From the NCBI RefSeq assembly GCF_003334255.1, contig NZ_QOWU01000042.1: a stretch of 47,091 bases of DNA; one strand, 5' to 3'. Below the pieces are notes generated by a model that searched no databases, was not told the origin of the DNA, and worked only from the letters and a program-made list of their open reading frames with translations. Positions 18,990-29,667 of the stretch are shown here, one piece after another. Each line of letters begins with the position of its first letter. The first letter of the stretch is position 1. Position numbers and translations under genes: made by a program. The stretch is from Escherichia coli (GTDB lineage: Bacteria; Pseudomonadota; Gammaproteobacteria; Enterobacterales; Enterobacteriaceae).

Positions 18990-20411
18990 TTAAACAATGT
19001 CCAGCGTGCCCAGGCGGTATTTCCGCTGATAGATAAACGAGGTGAGTACAATCGGGATGATGATGGCGATAGCCATTGCCAGCGCAAACACCTGCCAGTA
19101 GCTCGGTTGAATCGAGAGAATTCCCGGCAGGCCGCCTACGCCGATGCCATTCGCCATAACGCCGTTCAGGCCGCATAGCAATCCTGCCAGACCAGAACCA
19201 ATCATCGCGCACAGCATCGGGAAGCGATATTTCAGGTTGATGCCGTACATTGCAGGCTCAGTGACCCCAAGCCAGGCGGAGATAGCGGCAGGCACGGAGA
19301 TCTCGCGTTCATTGTGCTTGCGGCTGGAAATGATAATGCCTATCACGGCGGAGCCCTGAGCGATATTCGACAGCGCAATCAGCGGCCACACTGGCGTACC
19401 ACCCATGCTTTGAATCATCTGCAAATCAATAGCAAGCGTGGTCTGGTGTACACCGGTGATCACCAGCGGGGCGTACAGGAAGCCAAACAATGCTGCGCCA
19501 ATAGGTGCAAAGCTGCCGGTCATCAGGTGACGTACCGCAAAGGCAACGCCATCGCCAATCATGCGTCCAAACGGACCAATCAGCGCATGGGCGAGGAACA
19601 CCGCGAGGATCAGCGAACAGACGGGCACCACCACCAGATAGAGGTAATCCGGCACGATGCGTTTAAGGCGAGTTTCAATAACGCCCAGCGCCAGCCCGGC
19701 TAACAGTGCCGGGATCACCTGCGCCTGATAGCCTACTTTGGCGATGCTGAACATGCCAAAGTCCCACACTTCCGGCAGCTGCTGCCCGAGCAGATAAGCG
19801 TTCATCAGCTGTGGAGAAACCAGCGTTACGCCAAGTACGATACCAAGGATCGGCGTGCCGCCCATTTTTTTCACCGCTGACCAGCAAATCCCGACCGGCA
19901 GGTAGAAGAAGATCGCTTCACCGATCAACCACAGAAAATCGTAGATCGTTTGCAGGGAAGGGTACATTTGCGCCAGCGTTTGACCGTTGCTCATGGGCAA
20001 ATCGCCGATCACATTGCGAAAACCGAGGATCAAACCGCCGCTAATCAACGCGGGCAGCAACGGGAAGAAGATCTCCGCGAAATGAGAGATCAACTGCTCA
20101 TGCCATTTCATATTCTGCCGGGCGGCTTTTTTTACCTGCTCTTTATCAACCTGCGCCTGTCCGGTTGACGCAATCAGTGCTTGATAGTAATCACCCACAT
20201 TGGTGCCAATCACCACCTGAAATTGCCCGGCATTGGTGAAACAGCCTTTCACCATGGGGAGTTGCTCAATTTCTTTCGGTCTGGCATTGGCCGGTTGGTT
20301 GAGGACAAAGCGCAGGCGAGTAATACAGTGGCTCACCGTCGCAATATTGCCGCGCCCGCCGACCAGTTCAATCAACCGATCGATATCCGTTTGGTTTATT
20401 TTGCTCATCAT
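18990..20411 (-). CDS. treB: PTS trehalose-specific EIIBC component
   Basis: 473 aa, MMSKINQTDIDRLIELVGGRGNIATVSHCITRLRF... matches K-12 TreB. Confidence 0.97.
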   Translation of the reverse strand: MMSKINQTDIDRLIELVGGRGNIATVSHCITRLRFVLNQPANARPKEIEQLPMVKGCFTNAGQFQVVIGTNVGDYYQALIASTGQAQVDKEQVKKAARQNMKWHEQLISHFAEIFFPLLPALISGGLILGFRNVIGDLPMSNGQTLAQMYPSLQTIYDFLWLIGEAIFFYLPVGICWSAVKKMGGTPILGIVLGVTLVSPQLMNAYLLGQQLPEVWDFGMFSIAKVGYQAQVIPALLAGLALGVIETRLKRIVPDYLYLVVVPVCSLILAVFLAHALIGPFGRMIGDGVAFAVRHLMTGSFAPIGAALFGFLYAPLVITGVHQTTLAIDLQMIQSMGGTPVWPLIALSNIAQGSAVIGIIISSRKHNEREISVPAAISAWLGVTEPAMYGINLKYRFPMLCAMIGSGLAGLLCGLNGVMANGIGVGGLPGILSIQPSYWQVFALAMAIAIIIPIVLTSFIYQRKYRLGTLDIV

Positions 20412-20476
20412 AAAGCCCCATGGCAGATGACATTTTTGGTTGGCTGCAGAATATATTGCGCGGAAAAATTTAAAAA

Positions 20477-20490
20477 CGGGAACGTTCCCG
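20477..20490. promoter_or_regulatory. perfect 14-bp palindrome, candidate TreR (LacI-family) operator in the treBC promoter
   Basis: cgggaacgttcccg lies 66 bp upstream of the treB start. A TGTGA half-site (minus strand, around 20506-20510) lies adjacent, consistent with a CRP site. Confidence 0.6.
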
Positions 20491-20529
20491 AAACGCAGCG
20501 AAGATCACAATTTATCGTTCAGGAAACGA

Positions 20530-21477
20530 TCAGGACAGGGTGGCGGGGATGATGATTTGTTGCGGTTCGCTGCGCCCGGTTACCTGTGCGATCAATTGGC
20601 AGGCCGCCTGGCGTCCAGCTTCGGCGTAACCAGGATCTACGGTGACGATCTCCGGATGAAGGAATTTCATTAACGGCGTATTACCGACGCTCGCCAGTTG
20701 CAAGGTGTCGATGCGTTGCTCTTGCAGGTATTTACTTGCGCCAAGTGCCAGCGTGTCGGTTGCGCACAGTAAGGCGGTAGTTTCAGGCGTAATCACTTTT
20801 GCTACGTTCTCATAGCCTTGCTTCATAGCAAGCCCTGGCAGAGCGGCAACGGGATGCAGTTTATGCGCTTTGCAGAACGCCAGGTAGGCTTCGTGACGTC
20901 GCTTACCGGTCGTCACGTCACTGTGCGGCACGCCGAGATAACTGATATTACGATGCCCCTGGTCATAGAGCCGTTGCATCAGGATCTTGATTGCCCCTTC
21001 GTCGTCATAACAGACCGAAGCAAAGCCTTTTGCGTCACGCGCCAGCAGAACCAGCGATGACTGCCAGTGGGCTAACATTTCTTCTGTTATGCCGGTAAAA
21101 CCGAACAGCACTACGCCGTCGATATTACGCCGTTTTAGGATCCCCAAATGTTCGGCAACTAATTGCGGGGAAAACTGACTTTCCATCATGATTGGGTCGT
21201 AACCTTGTTCATAGAACGCTGGCAGCATGGTTTGAACGGCGAGATTTTCTGACAACGAATCCAGGCGGGTAACAATGATGGCGACCACTTTATCGCTTTG
21301 CCCACGCATAGCGCGCGCAGAGCGGGAAGGGGAAAATCCATGCTGATTCATCACTGCTTCCACGCGCTCGCGCGTGCGCTGGCTCACGCCGCTTTCGTTA
21401 TTCAGCACCCGGGAAACCGTAGATTTCCCCACGCCGCTTAAGCGCGCGATGTCTTTGATGGTCAGCCGATTTTGCAT
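20530..21477 (-). CDS. treR: trehalose repressor (LacI family)
   Basis: 315 aa, MQNRLTIKDIARLSGVGKSTVSRVLNNES... matches K-12 TreR. Confidence 0.97.
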   Translation of the reverse strand: MQNRLTIKDIARLSGVGKSTVSRVLNNESGVSQRTRERVEAVMNQHGFSPSRSARAMRGQSDKVVAIIVTRLDSLSENLAVQTMLPAFYEQGYDPIMMESQFSPQLVAEHLGILKRRNIDGVVLFGFTGITEEMLAHWQSSLVLLARDAKGFASVCYDDEGAIKILMQRLYDQGHRNISYLGVPHSDVTTGKRRHEAYLAFCKAHKLHPVAALPGLAMKQGYENVAKVITPETTALLCATDTLALGASKYLQEQRIDTLQLASVGNTPLMKFLHPEIVTVDPGYAEAGRQAACQLIAQVTGRSEPQQIIIPATLS

Positions 21478-21551
21478 CCTGTTGTCCCGTAACGTGTTGT
21501 TTAATTATTTGAGGCTAACTTTACCCGTGCATTCAGCAATGGGTAAAGTCT

Positions 21552-21568
21552 GGTTTATCGTTGGTTTA
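21552..21568 (+). promoter_or_regulatory. PhoP box of the mgtA promoter
   Basis: GGTTTA-TCGTT-GGTTTA, a perfect direct-repeat PhoP box. Confidence 0.85.
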
Positions 21569-21591
21569 GTTGCCAGCAGGTATTATATCGC

Positions 21592-21855
21592 CATAAATGC
21601 TACGAATATTATTGGATTCTCCTTATTATTTGCGGCGCTTTTTTCACTTACCGGAGGTTATATGGAACCTGATCCCACGCCTCTCCCTCGACGGAGATTA
21701 AAACTTTTTCGGTAAGCCCGTCTTTTCACGGCGTTACCGGATGCGTAAGGCCGTGACGTTTTAACGTCCCTGCTCAGCTTTATTACCTTCAGGTAAGGCT
21801 TCGCCACGCCTGAAGACATTTCTGTACTGTTTCAGACAGTGCGGAGGGACTCCTT
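21592..21855 (+). promoter_or_regulatory. mgtA 5' leader (Mg2+/proline-responsive attenuator region containing mgtL)
   Basis: The long untranslated region between the PhoP-dependent promoter and mgtA contains the proline-rich mgtL ORF. The 5' boundary is approximate. Confidence 0.65.
21662..21715 (+). CDS. mgtL: mgtA leader peptide (17 aa)
   Basis: atggaacctgatcccacgcctctccctcgacgg... encodes [17 protein letters not shown], the known MgtL sequence. Confidence 0.9.
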
Positions 21856-24552
21856 ATGTTTAAAGAAATTTTTACCCGGCTCATTCGCCATTTACCTTCC
21901 CGTCTGGTTCATCGTGATCCATTGCCTGGCGCGCAGCAGACAGTGAATACGGTGGTCCCGCCGTCCTTAAGTGCGCATTGCCTGAAAATGGCGGTGATGC
22001 CCGAAGAAGAATTGTGGAAAACGTTCGACACCCATCCGGAAGGGTTAAATCAGGCGGAAGTGGAATCTGCCCGCGAACAACATGGTGAAAATAAATTACC
22101 CGCACAACAACCGTCGCCGTGGTGGGTACATTTATGGGTCTGCTATCGCAACCCCTTTAATATTTTACTCACCATTCTCGGCGCTATTTCTTACGCCACG
22201 GAAGATTTATTTGCCGCGGGCGTTATCGCGCTAATGGTCGCCATTTCTACGTTGCTGAACTTTATTCAGGAAGCACGTTCCACTAAAGCGGCAGATGCCC
22301 TGAAAGCGATGGTCAGCAATACTGCGACGGTGCTGCGCGTAATTAACGACAAAGGCGAAAATGGCTGGCTGGAGATCCCGATCGACCAGCTGGTGCCCGG
22401 CGATATTATAAAACTGGCGGCGGGAGATATGATCCCGGCAGATTTACGTATCTTGCAGGCGCGGGATCTGTTCGTCGCTCAGGCGTCGTTAACCGGTGAG
22501 TCTCTGCCCGTAGAAAAAGCCGCAACCACTCGCCAGCCGGAGCACAGCAATCCGCTGGAGTGCGACACCCTGTGTTTTATGGGCACCACCGTGGTGAGCG
22601 GCACGGCACAAGCAATGGTGATTGCTACAGGTGCCAATACCTGGTTTGGTCAACTGGCGGGGCGTGTTAGTGAGCAGGAAAGCGAGCCGAATGCCTTTCA
22701 GCAAGGGATCAGCCGCGTCAGTATGCTGCTGATTCGCTTTATGCTGGTGATGGCACCGGTGGTGCTGTTAATCAATGGCTACACCAAAGGCGACTGGTGG
22801 GAAGCGGCGCTGTTTGCGCTTTCGGTCGCGGTAGGCCTAACGCCGGAAATGTTGCCGATGATTGTTACCTCGACGCTGGCGCGCGGCGCAGTAAAGCTGT
22901 CGAAACAGAAAGTGATCGTCAAACATCTGGATGCTATTCAGAACTTTGGCGCAATGGATATTCTGTGCACTGATAAAACCGGCACCCTGACACAGGACAA
23001 AATTGTGCTGGAGAATCATACCGATATCTCCGGTAAAACCAGCGAACGCGTGCTGCATAGCGCGTGGTTGAACAGTCATTATCAGACCGGACTTAAAAAC
23101 CTGCTCGATACAGCGGTGCTCGAAGGTACGGATGAAGAGTCAGCGCGCTCGCTGGCCAGCCGTTGGCAAAAAATTGATGAGATTCCGTTTGATTTCGAGC
23201 GTCGTCGGATGTCGGTGGTAGTGGCAGAAAATACCGAACACCATCAGCTGGTTTGCAAAGGTGCATTGCAGGAAATCCTCAATGTGTGTTCGCAGGTGCG
23301 TCACAATGGCGAGATTGTGCCGCTCGATGACATCATGCTGCGTAAGATTAAGCGGGTTACTGATACGCTGAATCGTCAGGGGCTGCGCGTGGTTGCGGTG
23401 GCGACGAAATACCTGCCAGCGCGTGAAGGAGATTACCAGCGGGCGGATGAATCCGACCTGATCCTCGAAGGATATATTGCTTTCCTTGATCCGCCAAAAG
23501 AGACAACTGCTCCGGCACTGAAGGCATTAAAAGCGAGTGGAATTACCGTAAAAATCCTTACTGGCGACAGTGAGTTAGTTGCAGCGAAAGTGTGCCATGA
23601 AGTGGGGCTGGACGCGGGAGAGGTGGTCATTGGTAGTGATATTGAAACGCTATCTGACGACGAACTGGCTAATCTCGCACAGCGCACCACGCTGTTTGCT
23701 CGTCTGACGCCGATGCATAAAGAACGCATTGTGACCTTACTGAAGCGCGAAGGGCATGTGGTTGGCTTTATGGGCGATGGTATTAATGATGCGCCCGCCT
23801 TACGCGCTGCGGATATCGGCATTTCTGTGGACGGCGCGGTAGATATCGCCCGTGAAGCGGCTGATATCATCCTGCTGGAAAAAAGCCTGATGGTGCTGGA
23901 AGAGGGGGTTATTGAGGGACGTCGCACTTTCGCCAACATGCTGAAATACATCAAAATGACGGCGAGCTCTAACTTCGGTAATGTGTTCAGCGTGCTGGTG
24001 GCGAGTGCTTTCTTGCCCTTCCTGCCGATGTTGCCGTTACACTTGCTTATTCAGAACCTGCTGTACGATGTGTCACAGGTGGCGATCCCGTTTGATAACG
24101 TCGACGACGAGCAAATTCAAAAGCCGCAGCGTTGGAATCCGGCGGATCTGGGGCGCTTTATGATCTTCTTCGGACCGATCAGCTCGATCTTCGATATTCT
24201 GACGTTTTGCCTGATGTGGTGGGTATTCCATGCCAACACGCCGGAAACGCAAACGCTGTTCCAGTCGGGATGGTTTGTGGTGGGCTTACTGTCGCAAACG
24301 CTGATTGTGCATATGATCCGTACCCGCCGTGTGCCGTTTATTCAGAGCTGTGCATCGTGGCCGTTAATGATCATGACCGTGATCGTGATGATTGTCGGGA
24401 TCGCATTGCCGTTTTCACCGCTGGCCAGTTATCTGCAGCTGCAGGCGCTGCCGTTAAGCTATTTCCCGTGGCTGGTTGCGATTCTGGCAGGGTATATGAC
24501 GTTAACCCAGTTGGTGAAAGGGTTCTATAGCCGTCGTTACGGCTGGCAGTAA
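21856..24552 (+). CDS. mgtA: Mg2+-importing P-type ATPase
   Basis: 898 aa with the DKTGTLT phosphorylation motif and GDGINDAPAL. Matches K-12 MgtA. Confidence 0.98.
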   Translation: MFKEIFTRLIRHLPSRLVHRDPLPGAQQTVNTVVPPSLSAHCLKMAVMPEEELWKTFDTHPEGLNQAEVESAREQHGENKLPAQQPSPWWVHLWVCYRNPFNILLTILGAISYATEDLFAAGVIALMVAISTLLNFIQEARSTKAADALKAMVSNTATVLRVINDKGENGWLEIPIDQLVPGDIIKLAAGDMIPADLRILQARDLFVAQASLTGESLPVEKAATTRQPEHSNPLECDTLCFMGTTVVSGTAQAMVIATGANTWFGQLAGRVSEQESEPNAFQQGISRVSMLLIRFMLVMAPVVLLINGYTKGDWWEAALFALSVAVGLTPEMLPMIVTSTLARGAVKLSKQKVIVKHLDAIQNFGAMDILCTDKTGTLTQDKIVLENHTDISGKTSERVLHSAWLNSHYQTGLKNLLDTAVLEGTDEESARSLASRWQKIDEIPFDFERRRMSVVVAENTEHHQLVCKGALQEILNVCSQVRHNGEIVPLDDIMLRKIKRVTDTLNRQGLRVVAVATKYLPAREGDYQRADESDLILEGYIAFLDPPKETTAPALKALKASGITVKILTGDSELVAAKVCHEVGLDAGEVVIGSDIETLSDDELANLAQRTTLFARLTPMHKERIVTLLKREGHVVGFMGDGINDAPALRAADIGISVDGAVDIAREAADIILLEKSLMVLEEGVIEGRRTFANMLKYIKMTASSNFGNVFSVLVASAFLPFLPMLPLHLLIQNLLYDVSQVAIPFDNVDDEQIQKPQRWNPADLGRFMIFFGPISSIFDILTFCLMWWVFHANTPETQTLFQSGWFVVGLLSQTLIVHMIRTRRVPFIQSCASWPLMIMTVIVMIVGIALPFSPLASYLQLQALPLSYFPWLVAILAGYMTLTQLVKGFYSRRYGWQ

Positions 24553-24611
24553 AGAATAAACTGGGCACGATAGCCCCGATTCAGATTGCAGACAAAGTGA
24601 GCGTTGTTCAT

Positions 24612-24700
24612 GCCGGATGCGGCGTAAATGCCTTATCCGGCCTACAAATTCAATCAATTGCAGGAATCACGTAGGCCTGATAAGCGTAGCGCATCAGGCA
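24612..24700. repeat. REP/BIME cluster
   Basis: gccggatgcggcgtaaatgccttatccggcctac and gtaggcctgataagcgtagcgcatcaggca. Confidence 0.9.
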
Positions 24701-24757
24701 ATTTTGCGTTTGTCATCAGATTTAATCCGGGCATGATAGCCCGGATTTCCATCAAGA

Positions 24758-25144
24758 TTAGCGACGAACAGCGATCGCTTCGATCTCAATTTTTACGTCT
24801 TTCGGCAGACGGGCAACTTCAACGCAAGAACGTGCCGGGAAGGTGGCATTGTGTTCGGTGAAGAAGGCTTCGTAGGTAGCATTAACGGTTGCGAAGTCGT
24901 TCAGATCTTTCACAAACACGGTGGTTTTAACGATGTCGCCCACTTTCAGGCCTGCGGCTTCGACGATCGCTTTTACGTTATCCAGCGACTGACGTGCCTG
25001 TGCAGCGACGTCTGCCGGTACTTCGCCCGTTTTCGGATTTACCGGGATCTGGCCGGAGGTGATGATCATATTGCCCAGATCAACGCCCTGTACGTAAGGA
25101 CCGATAGCTGCCGGTGCATTTTCCGTCGCGATAGTTTTGCTCAT
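24758..25144 (-). CDS. ridA: enamine/imine deaminase RidA (YjgF)
   Basis: The start at MSKTIATENAPAAIGPYVQG (ATG 25144) gives 128 aa, matching K-12 RidA. Confidence 0.97.
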   Translation of the reverse strand: MSKTIATENAPAAIGPYVQGVDLGNMIITSGQIPVNPKTGEVPADVAAQARQSLDNVKAIVEAAGLKVGDIVKTTVFVKDLNDFATVNATYEAFFTEHNATFPARSCVEVARLPKDVKIEIEAIAVRR

Positions 25145-25216
25145 GATTTCTCCTTTATTACAGCGGTAAAAAGTCTGGCTCATTATAGGGAGCCAGACTT
25201 TTATTACCAACCGCAA

Positions 25217-25678
25217 TTAATTGGCCAGCACCACATTATGGGAAAACTCTTTTTCACAGTATTTGCATTTGAGCGCGATGTCATTGGCGCGTTTTCGCAC
25301 GGCAAAGCTGGAAGAAACCGGTTCGGCATGGCTGATACAGTTGCTGTTCGGGCAGACCAGCACATTGTCGATGCGCTCCGGCAGACTGGGGCGCGATTTA
25401 CCCACCACTTCATAGTTGTCGATACGGTTAACCGTGGCTTGCGGCGCATACAATGCCAGTTGATCTACCTGATCTTCACTCAAAAAGGTATTTTCGATTT
25501 TGATCAGATCTTTGCGGCCCATCTCGCCAGAAGGCAGGTTCAGACCAATGGTGATGCGCTGATCCGTTTCGGTCAGCTTGAACAGACTCAACAGCTTAAA
25601 ACCGATCTGGGCGGGGATATGGTCAATTACCGTGCCGCGTTTAATAGCTTCAACCTGCAATTTATTATCGTGTGTCAT
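25217..25678 (-). CDS. pyrI: aspartate carbamoyltransferase regulatory subunit
   Basis: 153 aa, [26 protein letters not shown]... with Zn-binding cysteines (CPNSNC...CKYC). Confidence 0.98.
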
Positions 25679-25690
25679 CTCTATTTCCCC

Positions 25691-26626
25691 TTACAGTACC
25701 AGATCGCGATTCAGAACCAGTGCCAGTAACGCCTGGCGAGCGAAAATCCCGTTGCCTGCCTGCTGGAAGTACCAGGCGTGTGGCGTTTTATCAACATCCG
25801 TCGCAATCTCATCAACACGCGGCAGCGGATGCAGCACTTTCATATTGGCTTTGGCGTTGTGGAGATCGCTGGCGCGAAGAACAAACTGCGCTTTCACGTT
25901 GGCGTACTCGGACGGGTCCAGACGCTCTTTTTGCACGCGGGTCATGTACAGGATGTCTACTTCCGCCATCACTTCTTCAATAGAGCTGTGCAGACTCCAG
26001 GCGATCCCTTTTTCATCGAGCATATCAAGGATGTATTGCGGCATTGCCAGCGCGTCCGGCGCGATGAAGTAAAAACGGTTGCCGTCGAACTTCGCTAACG
26101 CCTGAGTCAGGGAGTGAACGGTGCGGCCATATTTCAGGTCACCAACCATTGCGACGTGGAGATTGTCCAGACGCCCCTGGGTTTCCTGAATGGTGAATAA
26201 GTCCAGCAAGGTTTGCGTCGGATGTTGGTTGGAGCCATCACCGGCATTCAGTACCGGTACATTGCCAGAAAATTCGGTGGCCAGGCGCGCCGCACCTTCC
26301 TGCGGATGACGCATCACTATCGCATCAACGTAAGTGCTGATAACCGAAATGGTATCGGCCAGCGTTTCGCCCTTTTTACCCAGTGATGTATTGGCGCTGT
26401 CGGAGAAGCCCACCACGCTGGCACCCAGGCGGTGCATGGAAGTTTCGAAAGAGAGGCGGGTACGGGTAGAGGCTTCGAAGAAACAGCTGGCAATGACTTT
26501 GTGCTTCAACAGCTCTGGTTGCGGGTTTGCTTTCAGTTTCGCCGCTGTCGCCAGCACCAGATTAAGGTCATCGCGACTAAGGTCGTTTATGGAAATGATA
26601 TGTTTCTGATATAGCGGATTAGCCAT
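25691..26626 (-). CDS. pyrB: aspartate carbamoyltransferase catalytic subunit
   Basis: 311 aa, [36 protein letters not shown]... with the STRTR motif. Confidence 0.98.
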
Positions 26627-26629
26627 CTT

Positions 26630-26764
26630 TTATCTCCTGACGCCTGGGCAAAAAAAAGCCCCTCGATTGAGGGGCTGGGAATGGGTGATCAACGGGAAGA
26701 AAAACGGCAGGCCAGCGTCTTTTTTCAGACGCGGTAAGACAAAATGTCGAACACACTGAACCAT
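26630..26764 (-). CDS. pyrL: pyrBI operon leader peptide (44 aa)
   Basis: MVQCVRHFVLPRLKKDAGLPFFFPLITHSQPLNRGAFFCPGVRR from ATG 26764. The longer ORF extending to 26830 is rejected. Confidence 0.88.
   Translation of the reverse strand: MVQCVRHFVLPRLKKDAGLPFFFPLITHSQPLNRGAFFCPGVRR
26650..26675 (-). terminator. pyrBI attenuator (intrinsic terminator inside pyrL)
   Basis: The minus strand reads gcccctc-aatc-gaggggc followed by UUUUUUUU (plus-strand A-run 26650-26657). Confidence 0.88.
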
Positions 26765-27044
26765 ACATCCTCCCGGCAAATTGTCCGGCATTATACTCAT
26801 CGTCAGAAGCGGCGCAAGCATTTGATGCAATATTTTGTCAGCGCAAACGGTTTATTTGAATTAAAAGTCAAGGTATATGCATTTTTATTTGATGTGATTC
26901 TGCAGGGGAACTGTCCTTCGGTATCAATAATTGCAGACATTCCCTGCTTTTTCCTTTTTCACTTTCACGCAATCAGATATGCATTTTATTCCATTCATCC
27001 GACTTATAGGGCGGAGTGTGAAAGCGAACGGCTAACACTCTTGC

Positions 27045-27440
27045 TTACTGCTCAGGGATGCGCGCTATCACTTTAATTTCAAAATCAAAGCCTGCCAGCC
27101 ATGTAACACCCACCGCCGTCCAGTTTGGATAAGGTGGGGCGCTAAATATTTCATTTTTCACCGTCATGATGTCTTCAAATTGGTTTTCTGGATCGGTATG
27201 GAAGCTCGTAACATCAATGATATCGTCAAAAGTGCATCCCGCAGCAGCCAGGGTCGCATGCAAATTATCAAATGCCAGTCTGACTTGTTGCTGAAAATCG
27301 GGTTCTGGTGTTCCGTCCTCTCGACTTCCTACTTGCCCGGAAACAAACAGCAAATCGCCGGAACGAATAGCCGCAGAATAACGATGCTCAGCATACAGTG
27401 AATGTCGGCCAGCAGGGAAAACAGCGGTTCTTTCTACCAT
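27045..27440 (-). CDS. yjgH: RidA/YjgF-family protein YjgH
   Basis: 131 aa. Matches K-12 YjgH in position and sequence. Confidence 0.9.
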   Translation of the reverse strand: MVERTAVFPAGRHSLYAEHRYSAAIRSGDLLFVSGQVGSREDGTPEPDFQQQVRLAFDNLHATLAAAGCTFDDIIDVTSFHTDPENQFEDIMTVKNEIFSAPPYPNWTAVGVTWLAGFDFEIKVIARIPEQ

Positions 27441-27570
27441 TTGGTTATCCTCAAGATTTACGACATGAACAGAAGATTTCTCTTTACCGGGAGCCGCTTT
27501 TAGCGGACGACGTGAGTAAACAAAACCCAGACATCATGGATAATGGCTGGGCTTAATTGAGCGTAGTCGG

Positions 27571-28284
27571 TTATGCGCCAAACGCGCCATCAATGGTATG
27601 CATCGCGCCGGTAACAAAACTGGCTTCTGGCCCTGCTAACCATGCGACCATACCAGCGACCTCTTCCGGTTGCCCATGTCTTTTGATAGCCATCAAACTA
27701 TGCAACATATCGCGCATTGGCCCGTTGGCGGGATTAGCGTCGGTATCAATTGGCCCTGGCTGGACGACGTTAATGGTGATCCCACGCGGTCCAAAATCAC
27801 GGGCCAGCCCGCGCGCCATGCCTTGCAGGGCAGATTTGCTGGCGGCATAAGCAGCCATGCCTGCAACAGGCATACGATCGCCATTCACGGAGCCGATGAT
27901 TAAGATGCGCCCGCCTTCGGGCATCTGCCGGGCGGCTTCAACAGAGGCATGATAAGGAGCATGAATATTGATTTTGAAAAGGCGATCAATATCGTCGGCA
28001 TTTAATTCCAGGGCATCGCCAAAGACGCCAATACCTGCATTTACCACCAGGATATCCAATGCGCCGCTCTTACGAACGACATCAATGACAGCGTCTCTGT
28101 CAGCACTATCTGTAAATACTGCTGTCGCTCCAGTCTCTTGTGCCAGATGTTCAGCGGCATCTTTCGACCCCGCATAGGTGAATCGTACATTGGCCCCATC
28201 AGTGACGAAACGACGTACGATAGCGGCACCGATTCCACGACTGCCACCGAGGATGAGAACTGTCTTACCTGTAAAAGCGCCCAT
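27571..28284 (-). CDS. bdcA: short-chain dehydrogenase/reductase BdcA (c-di-GMP-binding biofilm dispersal mediator)
   Basis: The start at MGAFTGKTVLILGGSRGIGAAI (ATG 28284) gives 237 aa. It has the Rossmann GGSRGIG motif and YxxxK. Confidence 0.93.
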   Translation of the reverse strand: MGAFTGKTVLILGGSRGIGAAIVRRFVTDGANVRFTYAGSKDAAEHLAQETGATAVFTDSADRDAVIDVVRKSGALDILVVNAGIGVFGDALELNADDIDRLFKINIHAPYHASVEAARQMPEGGRILIIGSVNGDRMPVAGMAAYAASKSALQGMARGLARDFGPRGITINVVQPGPIDTDANPANGPMRDMLHSLMAIKRHGQPEEVAGMVAWLAGPEASFVTGAMHTIDGAFGA

Positions 28285-28354
28285 AAGGACTCCTTGATTT
28301 ATTATGTAACATGCATTACAAAACTGTTTTAACTTTCTGTCAACAAGTTTTGTA

Positions 28355-28948
28355 ATGGTCACTAAAAAACAATCTCGCGTTCCAGGTCGTCCCAGACGTT
28401 TCGCTCCTGAGCAGGCAGTCTCTGCGGCAAAAGTGCTTTTTCACCAAAAAGGTTTCGATGCTGTCAGTGTTGCTGAAGTTACTGATTATCTTGGTATTAA
28501 CCCCCCGAGCCTCTACGCAGCTTTTGGCAGTAAAGTTGGGTTATTTAGCCGTGTACTCAATGAATATGTCGGTACGGAAGCTATTCCGCTTGCCGATATT
28601 CTTCGTGATGATCGTCCGGTAGGCGAGTGCCTGGTTGAGGTATTAAAAGAAGCGGCGCGCAGATATAGCCAAAACGGCGGCTGCGCTGGCTGTATGGTTC
28701 TTGAAGGTATTCATAGTCATGATCCACAAGCGCGTGATATTGCCGTTCAATATTATCACGCCGCAGAAACGACCATTTATGACTATATCGCCAGGCGGCA
28801 TCCACAAAGCGCACAATGTGTGACTGATTTTATGAGTACCGTGATGTCAGGGCTTTCTGCGAAGGCACGGGAGGGGCACTCCATCGAACAACTCTGTGCA
28901 ACAGCTGCACTGGCGGGGGAAGCGATAAAAACTATTCTCAAGGAGTGA
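28355..28948 (+). CDS. bdcR: TetR-family regulator BdcR
   Basis: 197 aa, divergent from bdcA. The TetR HTH is FHQKGFDAVSVAEVTDYLGINPPSLYAAFGSK. Confidence 0.93.
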   Translation: MVTKKQSRVPGRPRRFAPEQAVSAAKVLFHQKGFDAVSVAEVTDYLGINPPSLYAAFGSKVGLFSRVLNEYVGTEAIPLADILRDDRPVGECLVEVLKEAARRYSQNGGCAGCMVLEGIHSHDPQARDIAVQYYHAAETTIYDYIARRHPQSAQCVTDFMSTVMSGLSAKAREGHSIEQLCATAALAGEAIKTILKE

Positions 28949-29080
28949 TGCTGGCCTTGACCCGAAAGGCGGGAACGCGCCTGCCGATAAGTTGTGATAA
29001 GACAATAATTCACGCGTTAAGGCTAGCGGAATTGATCATCTTTTCGTATAACGATAGAAATGAAACATTGTTTTAATTAA

Positions 29081-29545
<465 letters not shown>

Positions 29546-29667
29546 TGACTTTTCGCCGTAAATAACACCAGGTTTACGGCGAGTTTGTGAAAAGAGCGTT
29601 TTTTGATATTTTTTTGTGAGTAAAATTTGTAATGCTTAGACGTTCTTATTAACTCAAGGAGTCCGTC

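Noticed and set aside
21374-21715. 113-aa ORF spanning the treR-mgtA intergenic region.
   Set aside because: It crosses the treR start, the PhoP box and the mgtA leader. Only its last 17 codons, with their own ATG, correspond to the known leader peptide MgtL.
24851-25729. 292-aa plus-strand ORF.
   Set aside because: It runs antisense across ridA and pyrI and the spacer between them, so it cannot coexist with two well-recognised genes.
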